From an uncultured Candidatus Entotheonella sp. (GTDB lineage Bacteria > Tectomicrobia > Entotheonellia > Entotheonellales > Entotheonellaceae): DNA of 64,000 nt. Each line of letters starts with the position of its first letter. The first letter of the stretch is position 1. The position numbers and the translations under genes were made by a program. Shown here in pieces: positions 52,086-62,097 of the stretch. The notes under the pieces are model-generated. The model did no database searches, had not been told where the DNA came from, and worked only from the letters and a program-made list of their open reading frames with translations. The stretch spans positions 448,001 through 512,000 of the forward strand of contig CBDCDA010000001.1 in the NCBI GenBank assembly GCA_965215335.1. The letters run 5' to 3'.

Positions 52086-52282
52086 GGCACGACGAATTCA
52101 TCGACCTTGCGGATGCCAGGCAACTCCCCGTTGGTCACGGCGTCATAAATGTCTCGCAGGTGTTCTCGGAGGTCATCCAGCGTCCCGCCCTGGGTCCAAT
52201 AGTCGGGGTAATCCTGAAAATAGCCAATCCACGCTCCGTCTTCTTCCCAATAGACAAACTTTACGGTTTGCGTTGTCTCCAT
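52082..52282 (-). CDS. HicB family antitoxin
   Basis: YWEEDGAWIGYFQDYPDYWTQGGTLDDLREHL; AAGGAGG RBS. Confidence 0.8.
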   Translation of the reverse strand: METTQTVKFVYWEEDGAWIGYFQDYPDYWTQGGTLDDLREHLRDIYDAVTNGELPGIRKVDEFVVP

Positions 52283-52305
52283 GTTTTGCCTCCTTGAGGC
52301 GATCC

Positions 52306-53355
52306 TCACACCGGATGCAGACCGGGAAAGGTCAGGCCGGTGGTTTCGTCCAGACCCAGCATGCAGTTCATGGCCTGCACGCCGTTGCCGGCGCCACCTT
52401 TGACGAGATTGTCCAAGGCGCAGAGGACGACCACGCGACCGCTGTGCGGGTCGCTTTCAAAGCCGACGTCGCAGAAATTGGAACCGCTGAGAATTTTTGG
52501 TTCCGGGTAACGGTAAGCCCCGTGTTTCTCCTTCACGAGGCGCATGAACGGCTCGTTCTTGTAGGCCTCGCGGTACAGGCTGCGGATGTCGTTCTCGCGC
52601 AGCGGCGGGTCCAGGAAAACGTGCGAGGTAGTCAAGACGCCGCGCACCATCTCGATGGCGGTGGCCGAGAAGTGCACCGACAGCGGCGTGCTGCCGCTCA
52701 ACTCCTGGATGACCTCCGCGGTGTGGCGGTGCCCCGTGGGCTTGAAGGAGCGCACGGCGCCGTGGCGTTCCGGGTGATGCGAGGCGAGGCCGGGCTTGTT
52801 GCCGGAAGCCGAGGAGCCGACTTTGGCTTCGACGATGACCGGCGCGTCCGGGGCCAGCAGGCCGGCGCGGGCCAGGGGATAGAGACCCAGCAGGGTGGCG
52901 GTGGCCAGGCAACCGGCGCCGCTGACGTGGGTCGCGGCGGCAATGTCGTCGCGGTGCAACTCGGGAATGCCGTAGACGAACGACGACAGCCGTTCCGGGC
53001 AGGCATGCTCGTGCCCGTACCAGGTCCTGTACAGCAACGGGTCCCGCAACCGGAAATCACTGCTCAGATCGATGATCCGACCGCTCAGGGCTTGCAGGGT
53101 TTCCAGGCGGCTCTGGGTCATGCCGTGGGGCAGGGCGAGGAAGAGAACGTCGCAGCCTTGCAACTCGTCCATGCGGATGAATTTGAGGCGCGTCTGCTGG
53201 CGCAGGTTGGGGTGCACCTGGTGCAGGAATCTGCCCCGCTGGCTCTCCGAGGTGACCTGCGTCAGGTCCACCGCCGGATGCTGCAGGAGCAGCCGCACCA
53301 ATTCGCCGCCGATGTAGCCCGAGCCGCCCGCTACGGCAACCTTGAGGCGGCTCAT
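52306..53355 (-). CDS. lysY: [LysW]-aminoadipate/glutamyl-phosphate reductase (ArgC-like)
   Basis: [34 protein letters not shown]. Confidence 0.9.
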   Translation of the reverse strand: MSRLKVAVAGGSGYIGGELVRLLLQHPAVDLTQVTSESQRGRFLHQVHPNLRQQTRLKFIRMDELQGCDVLFLALPHGMTQSRLETLQALSGRIIDLSSDFRLRDPLLYRTWYGHEHACPERLSSFVYGIPELHRDDIAAATHVSGAGCLATATLLGLYPLARAGLLAPDAPVIVEAKVGSSASGNKPGLASHHPERHGAVRSFKPTGHRHTAEVIQELSGSTPLSVHFSATAIEMVRGVLTTSHVFLDPPLRENDIRSLYREAYKNEPFMRLVKEKHGAYRYPEPKILSGSNFCDVGFESDPHSGRVVVLCALDNLVKGGAGNGVQAMNCMLGLDETTGLTFPGLHPV

Positions 53356-54197
53356 GCCGACGCCTCTTGTCGAATGTACTCGACCATCTTGCGCGGGATG
53401 TCGACGCCGGTCGTGTCGATGCTGTTGCGAAACTCCATCGTGTAGTTGACCTCGTTCACCCACAGGCCGTTTGGTGTTTCCAGCAGGTCAACCGCCAGTA
53501 TGCCGCCGCCGACGGCCTTGGCCGCGGCGCGCGACAGGGCATCGATCGCCGGCGTGACGGGGCAGTTCGACGCCTTGCCGCCCAGGGCCGTGTTGGTGAT
53601 CCAGTGGTCGGAGGTACGGTAGATGGCGCAGATCGTTTCGTCGCCGACGACAAAGGAGCGGATGTCGTATCCCGGTTTGTCGATGTATTCCTGTATGTAG
53701 TAGATCGAATGGTGATACGACCCCAGGATCTGCTTGTGCTCCAGCACCGCCTCCGCCGCCTGCCGATCGTTGATCTTGGCGACCAGGCGGCCCCACGAGC
53801 CGACGCAGGGCTTGAGGACGACGGGATAGCCGAGTTGATCGATGGCCTCCAGGGCTGACGCCGGGGTGAAGGCGACCAGATTGCGGGGCACCGGCAGGTC
53901 GTGCTGCCGCAGCGCCTGCGTGGTCAGGAGCTTGTCACCACAGACGCGGGCGGTGCGGGCGGTGTTGACGGTCTTGATGTCCCAGTCGTTGAGCATGTGG
54001 AGGGCGTAGTGGGCGCGCGAGTGATTGATGGCGCGTTCAAGGATGAGGTCGTATTTGCGGAATGGTGCGGGATCGTGCAAGTCGAAAATCAACGTCCGAT
54101 CATCGAGTTTTTCGTAGGCCATGCCATGCGCTTTGAGCGCCTCGAACAGGAGCTTTTCCTCAACCCGGATGCGAGAACACAGTACCCCAACAAGCAT
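53352..54197 (-). CDS. lysX: LysW ligase (LysX/ArgX, ATP-grasp)
   Basis: [41 protein letters not shown]. Confidence 0.93.
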   Translation of the reverse strand: MLVGVLCSRIRVEEKLLFEALKAHGMAYEKLDDRTLIFDLHDPAPFRKYDLILERAINHSRAHYALHMLNDWDIKTVNTARTARVCGDKLLTTQALRQHDLPVPRNLVAFTPASALEAIDQLGYPVVLKPCVGSWGRLVAKINDRQAAEAVLEHKQILGSYHHSIYYIQEYIDKPGYDIRSFVVGDETICAIYRTSDHWITNTALGGKASNCPVTPAIDALSRAAAKAVGGGILAVDLLETPNGLWVNEVNYTMEFRNSIDTTGVDIPRKMVEYIRQEASA

Positions 54198-54206
54198 GTG
54201 CGCGTC

Positions 54207-54371
54207 CTATTCTCCCCAATCCTCTTCCTCGTCGGGAGCCAGGGCAAGTTCCGGCGGGTCTTCGTTGACCACTTCCAACTCGGCGCCGCACTCCTCGCAC
54301 AGGATGATTTCGCCTGCTTCGAGATCGGTATCCACTGGAACATCCACTTCACATTCCGGGCACGATGTCAT
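54207..54371 (-). CDS. lysW: Amino-group carrier protein LysW (54 aa)
   Basis: Below the ORF cutoff. MTSCPECEVDVPVDTDLEAGEIILCEECGAELEVVNEDPPELALAPDEEEDWGE: two CxxC motifs and terminal EDWGE. Confidence 0.96.
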   Translation of the reverse strand: MTSCPECEVDVPVDTDLEAGEIILCEECGAELEVVNEDPPELALAPDEEEDWGE

Positions 54372-54507
54372 TTTTTCTCTCTTTCAACAATATGCTATGG
54401 TTCAGGGTCTGCGCCCCAAGGCGACGGAATCCTACGGCATGCCTATTCGACTTGCAACCGCCCAGGACGCGCCACCGACAACACATCTCATCGTGAGGAA
54501 AAGGTAT

Positions 54508-57411
54508 ATGGACGACCTGCGCCGGGACTTGGAGAAACACCTCGACGGCGAGGTGCGTTTCGACACGTTCAGCCGCCTGCTGTACAGCACCGACGCCAGC
54601 ATTTACCAGATCGAGCCGCTGGGGGTGGTGATACCCCGCCACGCCGATGACGTCGAGGCGACGGTGCAAGTGGCCCGGCAACACGGCGTTCCGGTGTTGC
54701 CGCGCGGTGGTGGCACGGCGCTCGCCGGGCAAACCGTGGGCCGGGCGGTCATCCTCGACATGTCCAATTACATGCATCAGGTGCTGGAACTGAACACCGA
54801 GGAGCAATGGGCGTGGGTGCAACCGGGGGTGGTGCAGGACCAGCTCAACGCCTACCTGCGGCCACACGGATTTCTGTTCGGGCCCGATACCTCGACCAGT
54901 AGCCGCGCCACGATAGGCGGCATGATCGGCAACAACTCGGCCGGCGCGCGCTCGATTCTGTACGGCAAGACCATTGACCATGTCCTCGAACTCGAGGTCG
55001 TGCTTTCGGACGGCAGCACGGCGCTGTTCAAGCCCGTCGAGAAGGCGGTGGTCGAGCAGATCATCCGCGAGGATACGCTGGAGGCCGGCGTCTACCGCGA
55101 CGTGCTGCGGGTCGCCCAGGACAACCGCGACGCGGTTTTGGAGCGCTATCCGAAGCTGCTGCGCCGGGTCAGCGGCTACAACCTGGACGAATTCATCACC
55201 GACGCGCCGACGAATCTCGCCAAGATGGTCGTCGGTTCGGAGGGCACGCTGGCCGCGGTCACCGCGGCCAAGGTGCGCATCATGCCCCGTCCGCAGGCGA
55301 CGGCTGTGCTGGTTACCCACTTCGAGGACCTGATTGCCGCGGTCGAGGCGACCGAGGCGATTCTGCCTTACGAGCCATCGGCTGTCGAGATGGTCGACCG
55401 CAAGATCATCGAGGGCGCCCAGGCCGCCAGGGAATTCGCCGGGCGCCTGCCTTTTCTGCAGGGCGAGCCGGACGGCCTCGTTATCGCGGAGTTTTATGGC
55501 GACTCGCCACCGGAGGTCGCCGACAAGGTTGAAAAACTGGAGGCCAGCCTGCGGCGGCAGAAGTGGGGCTACGCCTATTCGCCCGCCTTGACGGCGCAGG
55601 CGCAGGCCGACGTCTGGAAAATGAGAAAGGCGGGGCTGGGAATTCTGATGGGCACCCGTGAGGCGCGCAAGCCGGTGGCGTTTGTCGAGGACACCGCGGT
55701 GGATCCGGCCAAGCTGCCGGAATTCCTGCGCCGCTTCCGCCAGATCATTGCTGACCATGACACCACCGCGGGCTATTACGGCCATTCCAGCGTCGGTTGC
55801 CTGCATATCCGGCCCGGCATCGATCTCAAGAACCAGGACGGTGTCGACAAGATGGTCGACATGATGCGGGAGATCAGCGACCTCGTCGTTGAATTCGGCG
55901 GCTGCATGAGCGGCGAGCACGGCGACGGCCTGGCGCGCAGCTGGCTCAACGAGAAGCATTTCGGCCCCACGCTCTACCAGGCGTTCAAAGACGTGAAACA
56001 CGCCTTTGATCCGGATAACCGCATGAACCCCGGCAAGGTGGTGGACGGACCCGCGCCGACGGAAAACCTGCGCCACGGGCCGGCGTATCGCGCCATTGAA
56101 TTCAAGACCCACCTCGACTTCACCCGCGACGGCGGTTTCGCCACCGCCATCGACATGTGCAACGGCAACGGCGCTTGTCGCAAGCTCGGCGAGGGGACGA
56201 TGTGCCCGTCGTACATGGCCACGCGTGACGAGACGCACTCGACCCGCGGGCGCGCCAACGCCCTGCGGGCGGTGCTCTCCGGGCGCGTGCCGCAGGAGGT
56301 GTTTGCCAGCAAGGCCATGTACGACACGCTCGATCTGTGCCTCGAATGCAAGGCGTGCAAGACGGAATGCCCGTCGAACGTGGATATGGCCAAGCTGAAA
56401 TACGAGATGCTGAGTCACTATTACGCCCGCCACGGCATGCCACTGCGGTCCAGAATTTTCGCCAATATCGCGACGGTGAACCGGCTGGGGCACCTGTTGG
56501 CGCCTGTCTCGAACCGGCTGGCCCGGCACCCGTTTTCCAGATGGCTGCAAGGGCGCCTCGGGCTGGCGGCGCAGAGGACGCTGCCGGCATTCGCGTCCGA
56601 GACGTTCAGCGATTGGTTTCATGCCCAACGGCCCCGAACCCGGAACGGCAAGCGAGGAACGGTCGTGCTGTTTCACGACACCTTCATGGAATACAACCAG
56701 CCTGAGGCCGGCCAAGCCGCCGCCAAGCTGCTGCAGGCCGCCGGTTACGAGGTCACGCTGGTGGCGCGGAAATGCTGCGGCCGTCCGGCGATTTCCAAGG
56801 GCAGCCTGGAACAGGCGCGCGAATACGCCCGCTACAACGTCGCCCTGCTGGCGCCGTACGCGCGGCAAGGCATGCCGGTCATCGGCGTCGAACCCAGCTG
56901 CATCCTGACGCTGCGGGACGATTATCTGGATCTGGTGCCCGGACCTGATGCCCAGCTCGTGGCGGAGCACGCGGTCAGTATCGACGAGTTTCTCCATCAG
57001 CTTCACCAACGCGGCGAACTGGACCTGACGTTCACCGACGCCCCCAAACGGTTGTTGCTGCATGGCCACTGTCATCAGAAGGCGCTGGTCGGCACCGCGC
57101 CGACGCTGGCCCTGCTGCGGCTGCCGTCGGGCTACGAGGTGGAAGAGATCGCCTCGGGCTGCTGCGGCATGGCCGGCTCGTTCGGCTACGAAGCGGAGCA
57201 TTACGACCTGTCGATGGACATCGGCAGACAGCGCCTGTTTCCGGCCGTGGAGGACGCCGAGCCTGACGTGGAGATCGTGGCGGACGGCATTTCGTGCCGG
57301 CAGCAGATCCATCACGCCACCGGTCGCACGGCGCGCCATCTGGTCGAGGTACTGTGGGAGGCCGTCGTGCCTGAACAGCCCGGCCAGAACCGTATGACGA
57401 CATGGCGCTGA
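54508..57411 (+). CDS. FAD-linked oxidase with 4Fe-4S and CCG domains (YdiJ/D-2-hydroxyacid dehydrogenase-like)
   Basis: PRGGGT, GEHGDG, CNGNGAC, CLECKACKTECP, CCG, HGHCH, CCGMAGSFG. Confidence 0.9.
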   Translation: MDDLRRDLEKHLDGEVRFDTFSRLLYSTDASIYQIEPLGVVIPRHADDVEATVQVARQHGVPVLPRGGGTALAGQTVGRAVILDMSNYMHQVLELNTEEQWAWVQPGVVQDQLNAYLRPHGFLFGPDTSTSSRATIGGMIGNNSAGARSILYGKTIDHVLELEVVLSDGSTALFKPVEKAVVEQIIREDTLEAGVYRDVLRVAQDNRDAVLERYPKLLRRVSGYNLDEFITDAPTNLAKMVVGSEGTLAAVTAAKVRIMPRPQATAVLVTHFEDLIAAVEATEAILPYEPSAVEMVDRKIIEGAQAAREFAGRLPFLQGEPDGLVIAEFYGDSPPEVADKVEKLEASLRRQKWGYAYSPALTAQAQADVWKMRKAGLGILMGTREARKPVAFVEDTAVDPAKLPEFLRRFRQIIADHDTTAGYYGHSSVGCLHIRPGIDLKNQDGVDKMVDMMREISDLVVEFGGCMSGEHGDGLARSWLNEKHFGPTLYQAFKDVKHAFDPDNRMNPGKVVDGPAPTENLRHGPAYRAIEFKTHLDFTRDGGFATAIDMCNGNGACRKLGEGTMCPSYMATRDETHSTRGRANALRAVLSGRVPQEVFASKAMYDTLDLCLECKACKTECPSNVDMAKLKYEMLSHYYARHGMPLRSRIFANIATVNRLGHLLAPVSNRLARHPFSRWLQGRLGLAAQRTLPAFASETFSDWFHAQRPRTRNGKRGTVVLFHDTFMEYNQPEAGQAAAKLLQAAGYEVTLVARKCCGRPAISKGSLEQAREYARYNVALLAPYARQGMPVIGVEPSCILTLRDDYLDLVPGPDAQLVAEHAVSIDEFLHQLHQRGELDLTFTDAPKRLLLHGHCHQKALVGTAPTLALLRLPSGYEVEEIASGCCGMAGSFGYEAEHYDLSMDIGRQRLFPAVEDAEPDVEIVADGISCRQQIHHATGRTARHLVEVLWEAVVPEQPGQNRMTTWR

Positions 57412-57501
57412 AGTGATGGCGGTGTCTTTTTTGCTACAATTGCGCAATCCATTTGCGGGAAGGTGGTCTGGTGTCAACCGCTAGGTCTGGAGGGGAATTT
57501 G

Positions 57502-57894
57502 ATGGCTGATTTCGACGACGTCAAGGTGTTCGTGCAGGAGCTTCAGCTTTCCATCGTGAACGAGGATGCGCCGGAGGGCATTCTCATGGTCGACGATGAA
57601 GAACGCGGTGTCAAGAACCTGGTTATCGACTGTGATGACCCCGTGCTGATTTTCGAGCAGATGATCATGGAAGTTCCGGGGCACCCTGGCGACATGTTCA
57701 GGCGCCTGTTGCAGATGAATCGCACCCTGGTTCATGGAGCGTTCGTCCTGGACGAGGAAGGCAGAAAAGTGCTTTTTCGCGACACGTTGCAACTCGCCAA
57801 TCTCGACCTGAATGAGGTGGAAGGCACGGTTGAGGCCCTGAGTCTGGCCTTGGCCGAGAACGCCGCGGAACTGATCGGGTTCAGCCACCAGTAG
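57502..57894 (+). CDS. YbjN/CesT-like chaperone-fold protein
   Basis: LLQMNRTLVHGAFVLD..FRDTLQLANLD; directly upstream of pspA. Confidence 0.75.
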   Translation: MADFDDVKVFVQELQLSIVNEDAPEGILMVDDEERGVKNLVIDCDDPVLIFEQMIMEVPGHPGDMFRRLLQMNRTLVHGAFVLDEEGRKVLFRDTLQLANLDLNEVEGTVEALSLALAENAAELIGFSHQ

Positions 57895-57919
57895 CAGCAA
57901 CACAGAGGGAGACCACGTC

Positions 57920-58636
57920 ATGAGTATTTTCGCCAGGCTGTTCAAGGTAGGGCAGGCCCAGGCCCACAACATCGTCGACAAGCTCGAAGACCCGATCAAG
58001 CTGACGGAGCAGGGCATCCGCGACCTCAAACAAGACCTGCAAGGCGCCATGCAAGGGCTGGCGGAAGTCAAGGGGATTGCGATTCGCCTGGGCAAGGAAT
58101 CGGAGGACGCCAATCGACAGGCCGGGGAGTACGAACGCAAAGCCATGCTGCTGTTGCAACGAGGCAGCGACGGGCAACTCGACGCGGCCGAGGCGGAACG
58201 TCTGGCGACCCAAGCCCTGACGCAACGAGAGACCGCCGGCGAGCGCGCCGCGGCGCTGGCCAAGGACGCCGAGCATCAAAACAACATGGTCGTCCAGTTG
58301 CAGGCCAAGGTGCAGCAGCTCAAGTCGGCCATTACCACGTACGAGAATGAATTGGTGACCCTGAGGGCGCGCGCCAAGACCGCCGCCTCGACCAGGAAGA
58401 TCAATCAGCAATTGGCGAATGTGGATTCCTCGAGCACGATCGCCATGCTGGAGCGGATGAAGGACAAGGTGGAAGAGGATGAAGCCCTGGCTCAGGCGTA
58501 TGGGGAAGTCGGGCAGGTGGAATTGTCAGCCGATACCGAAATCGACCGCGCTTTGGCGGGCACGCAACCCGCGGCAGCCCAGGACAGATTGCGGGAGCTG
58601 AAGGCCCGCATGGGGCTCGGTCCCGACAGCAATTAA
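57920..58636 (+). CDS. pspA: PspA/IM30 family protein
   Basis: MSIFARL amphipathic start, LEDP..EQ.IRD, long coiled coil, L.ELKARMG end. Confidence 0.9.
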   Translation: MSIFARLFKVGQAQAHNIVDKLEDPIKLTEQGIRDLKQDLQGAMQGLAEVKGIAIRLGKESEDANRQAGEYERKAMLLLQRGSDGQLDAAEAERLATQALTQRETAGERAAALAKDAEHQNNMVVQLQAKVQQLKSAITTYENELVTLRARAKTAASTRKINQQLANVDSSSTIAMLERMKDKVEEDEALAQAYGEVGQVELSADTEIDRALAGTQPAAAQDRLRELKARMGLGPDSN

Positions 58637-58650
58637 GACATGGCCGGTGC

Positions 58651-59274
58651 TCAATTGCCCGCGTCGCGGCTGTGCCAGGCGTCGATCAGCCACGGCTCAC
58701 CCGGAGAGCGGACGAGAGAGAACTCCTCGAGTTGCGGTTGTTGAACCCCGTCAACACGGACTTGCGAGCGGACGTACACGGTGGCAAGGTCGCTATCCGT
58801 TTGGACCTTATCGATTTGCCAGGTGATGCGGCGACGGGCGCGGGTGTCCGGCTTGGTCGTCAGGTGAGCGATCCAGTCCGCGGGAGGCATGTCTTGGCGG
58901 AAACGCGCCGTGACGTGCAGGACCACACGGGCTGGCTGCGAGTCGTAGAAGCGCAAGTATTCCAGCACCGGCCACCAGGGGGATGAGGCGGGCAGGAGCG
59001 TGGGCTCCGTTTCGGCACCGGTTTCCGGGGGTCCGGTGGCGAGCCCGAGGGCACGCAAGGTCGCCGTATCGAGTTCACCGGTGACGGTCAGGCGGCGGGT
59101 TCTCTGAAAGGCCTGCAACGCCTTGATCGTGCGCGGATCAAGGACGTCTTGCGCTTCTCCAATCTCGAACCCCAAGGCCCGGAGCTTCTCCTGCGCTTGT
59201 CGGATCTGCGGCAGTTCTTGCCCCCATGCACAACTCAACAGCAGAAACAGGACCGTCCAGGCAAGATACGTCAT
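58651..59274 (-). CDS. Secreted peptidoglycan-binding domain protein
   Basis: Signal peptide; Q..L..LGF...T..AL.AFQ...L.VTG.LD..T..AL. Confidence 0.75.
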   Translation of the reverse strand: MTYLAWTVLFLLLSCAWGQELPQIRQAQEKLRALGFEIGEAQDVLDPRTIKALQAFQRTRRLTVTGELDTATLRALGLATGPPETGAETEPTLLPASSPWWPVLEYLRFYDSQPARVVLHVTARFRQDMPPADWIAHLTTKPDTRARRRITWQIDKVQTDSDLATVYVRSQVRVDGVQQPQLEEFSLVRSPGEPWLIDAWHSRDAGN

Positions 59275-59469
59275 GACCTGCGATGCCTCCCTGATGCCGT
59301 CTTATGTTGACGCAATGTTGACGCACCCAAATCCGTGCAGGACCGAATCACCCCAAAACGCCAACCATTTGATTTGATCCTGACTGCTGAATTTACTCCC
59401 AGGGATCAGAGCCTGCAATTTCCAGGGCTCTTGACGGATGTCAGGAAGCAGAATTGAAGGAGACTGGAC

Positions 59470-61317
59470 GTGAGCGATGAAGAACGGTTGCAGGCGGAAG
59501 CCGAGCAATACATTCCATCCGGCTATGATCCGGAGCTATACAAGCTGCGGCACTCGACGGCCCATATCATGGCGCAGGCGGTGCTTGAGAGCTTTCCCGA
59601 GGCCAAGGTGGCCATCGGTCCCCCCATCGAAAACGGCTTCTATTACGATTTCGACCTGCCCCGTGTTCCCAACGAAGAAGACCTGACGGCAATCGAGGAC
59701 CGCATGAAGGCGCTCATTCGGCAGGGGCATGCCTTCCACGTGCGCGAAGTGACCCTGCCGGAGGCCCGCGACCTCTTTCGTGAGCAGCCTTACAAGCTGG
59801 AACTGATCGACGGCATGGCGGCGGGGCAGTACGACGATTACGGCAATGATCTCCCCCCGGAGGCGGACAATCGGATCACCGTTTATCAACACGACACGTT
59901 CGTCGATCTGTGCCGTGGCCCGCACGTCGCGCACGGCGGCAGGATCAGGGCGAATGCGGTGAAGGTGATGCGCACCGCCGGGGCGTATTGGCGGGGCAGT
60001 GAGCGCAACCCGATGCTGACGCGCATCTACGGCACGGCGTTCGGAAACAAGACCGGCCTCGACGATTACCTGCGACGCCTGGAGCAAGCCCGTCAACGCG
60101 ACCACCGCCGCCTGGGCCGTGAGTTGGAACTGTTTGCCAGCCATGAACTCATCGGCGCCGGCCTGCCGCTCTGGCTCCCGAAAGGCGCCACCATCCGCCG
60201 GGAGCTCGAAGCGTACATCACCGAAGAAGAACGGCGCGACGGTTACCAGCACGTGTATACCCCCCACCTGGCCAAGCAGGAGTTGTACGAAACCTCCGGC
60301 CACTGGTCGCATTACAAGGACAACATGTTCCCGCGCATGGAGCTGGAATACGAAAACCTCGTGCTGCGGCCCATGAACTGCCCGCACCATATCCTCATCT
60401 ATGCCGCAAAGCGGCATAGCTACCGCGACCTGCCCATCCGCATCGCCGAACTGGGAACGATGTATCGCTACGAGAAGTCGGGTGTCGTGGGCGGGCTCAG
60501 CCGGGTGCGCACGATGACGCTGAACGACGCGCACATCTTTTGCACGCAGGATCAGATCAAGGAGGAATTTTCCAACGTCATGCGCCTCGTCGAGCGGGCC
60601 TACGCAACGCTGGGCATTCAGGAATATACCTACCGTCTGTCGCTGCGTGACCAGGCCAACACCGAGAAATACGTAGCCAACGACGCCATGTGGGACATGG
60701 CCGAAAACGTGCTGCGCGAGGCCATGGAGGCGCTCGGGCTTCCGTACACGGAAGCGGCGGGCGAGGCGGCGTTCTACGGGCCGAAACTGGACATTCAGTT
60801 GCGCGACATTCTCGGCCGCGAGGAAACGATCTCGACCATCCAGATCGACTTCCATTTGCCGAACCAGTTCGGCCTGATCTACATCGGCGAAGACGGCCAG
60901 GAGCACCAGCCGGTGATGATCCATCGCGGCGTGGTCAGCACCATGGAGCGCATGGTCGCCTATCTGATCGAGATGTACGGTGGCGCCTTCCCGGTCTGGC
61001 TGGCGCCCACGCAGGCCGTCGTGATTCCCATCGCCGATCGCCATGTGGCCTACGCCCAGGCGGTGGTGAAACGGCTGTTCGACCTCGGGTTCCGCGTGCA
61101 GGCCGACGTCAGCGACAAGCGCATGAACGCCAAAATCCGCGAGGCGAAATTGCAGAAGGTGCCGTACATGCTGGTGGTAGGGGATCAGGAGGTGGCGGAT
61201 CAAACGGTGTCCGTGCGCCTGCGCAGCGACGAGAATCTGGGACCGGTGACGCTCGACGAGTTCGAGCAGCTGATCAGCCAGGTGGTCAAGCGGCGTTCAC
61301 TGTCGCTCACGGCGTAG
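59470..61317 (+). CDS. thrS: Threonine--tRNA ligase (no N-terminal TGS domain)
   Basis: RHSTAH, DLCRGPH, RDHR.LG, RPMNCPHH, AFYGPK, IHRG. Confidence 0.97.
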   Translation: MSDEERLQAEAEQYIPSGYDPELYKLRHSTAHIMAQAVLESFPEAKVAIGPPIENGFYYDFDLPRVPNEEDLTAIEDRMKALIRQGHAFHVREVTLPEARDLFREQPYKLELIDGMAAGQYDDYGNDLPPEADNRITVYQHDTFVDLCRGPHVAHGGRIRANAVKVMRTAGAYWRGSERNPMLTRIYGTAFGNKTGLDDYLRRLEQARQRDHRRLGRELELFASHELIGAGLPLWLPKGATIRRELEAYITEEERRDGYQHVYTPHLAKQELYETSGHWSHYKDNMFPRMELEYENLVLRPMNCPHHILIYAAKRHSYRDLPIRIAELGTMYRYEKSGVVGGLSRVRTMTLNDAHIFCTQDQIKEEFSNVMRLVERAYATLGIQEYTYRLSLRDQANTEKYVANDAMWDMAENVLREAMEALGLPYTEAAGEAAFYGPKLDIQLRDILGREETISTIQIDFHLPNQFGLIYIGEDGQEHQPVMIHRGVVSTMERMVAYLIEMYGGAFPVWLAPTQAVVIPIADRHVAYAQAVVKRLFDLGFRVQADVSDKRMNAKIREAKLQKVPYMLVVGDQEVADQTVSVRLRSDENLGPVTLDEFEQLISQVVKRRSLSLTA

Positions 61318-61323
61318 GGCGGG

Positions 61324-61344
61324 GCTCGCCCGCCGCTGGCGAGC
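61324..61344. terminator. Hairpin between thrS and the convergent atpB tail copy
   Basis: gctcgcc-cgccgct-ggcgagc. Confidence 0.5.
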
Positions 61345-61354
61345 GCACAGGCCT

Positions 61355-61432
61355 TTAGTGCTGCGGATGGATCGACATGCCCATGAACAACGACGTGAGC
61401 AGGGTGAAAATATAGGCTTGCAGGAAGGCGAT
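61355..61432 (-). repeat. 78-bp copy of the atpB 3' end including the stop codon
   Basis: Matches 63122-63199 with 3 mismatches, all synonymous (acc tcc ctg vs acg tcg ttg). Confidence 0.95.
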
Positions 61433-61524
61433 CCTTGGCGAATGACCGCGTCCCGACGCCTCAGTTCCTTGTGGATAACTTCGGAAACACCTCAGATCAT
61501 GTTCTCTACGAGGCACTACGACAA

Positions 61525-62097
61525 CTATGTACGAACACCCTCACTATGGCCGTGTCTAAGGTAATTATAACCTCGCAGATTCGCTGTCTTCTTTACAATT
61601 TTCTCCGTTATAGATAGCCGGCTGGACTTAGATGGGATACTAAGTCCCAGTTCCTTTCCTATCTGTTTCAGCATAGGGACGTTGTACTTCCTTTTGTCCG
61701 CTAGCTTACACTCAACATCTTCGGGCGAGAGTTCCTTTAGGACTTCCGCTATGCTCTGTGCTTCCTTGCGGCCCTGTTCCGTAAGGGGTTTGTGCGGGGA
61801 CTTTCTCGATGTTCCGTTCCCCGAAAGACCAAGGACGCGAGACAGCACGGGGTCCGACTCAGCCACCCGCACATAGTCCTTTATCAACTCGATTGTTGAT
61901 GCGACGGCGTTTGCATCTTGGTCTGTAGGAAGCGTTTTTAATCTATTTCGAAAATCCGTCAGAAATTCGATCAGCACTTCCAGTTCTTTATCCAGCCGGG
62001 ATTTCGTCTCCTGTGATGGCAAGGTATCGACCAACTCCGACATCTTGCTCAAAAAGCTATCCAGTTTTTTCCCCATCGACTGTATGGAATTGCCCAT
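61525..62097 (-). CDS. Hypothetical protein, helical, with a possible C-terminal HeH/SAP-like nucleic acid-binding motif
   Basis: Overlaps the ParA stop by 1 nt; YNVPMLKQIGKELGLSIPSKSSRLSITEKI. Confidence 0.7.
   Translation of the reverse strand: MGNSIQSMGKKLDSFLSKMSELVDTLPSQETKSRLDKELEVLIEFLTDFRNRLKTLPTDQDANAVASTIELIKDYVRVAESDPVLSRVLGLSGNGTSRKSPHKPLTEQGRKEAQSIAEVLKELSPEDVECKLADKRKYNVPMLKQIGKELGLSIPSKSSRLSITEKIVKKTANLRGYNYLRHGHSEGVRT

Noticed and set aside
49870..52300. Integron cassette array
   Set aside because: No intI and no recurring attC-like sites between the units.
54349..57477. Long antisense ORFs (also 3935-5983, 9058-10830, 22721-25246, 46472-48343, 59536-61203)
   Set aside because: Shadows of well-supported opposite-strand genes in high-GC DNA; no recognisable motifs.
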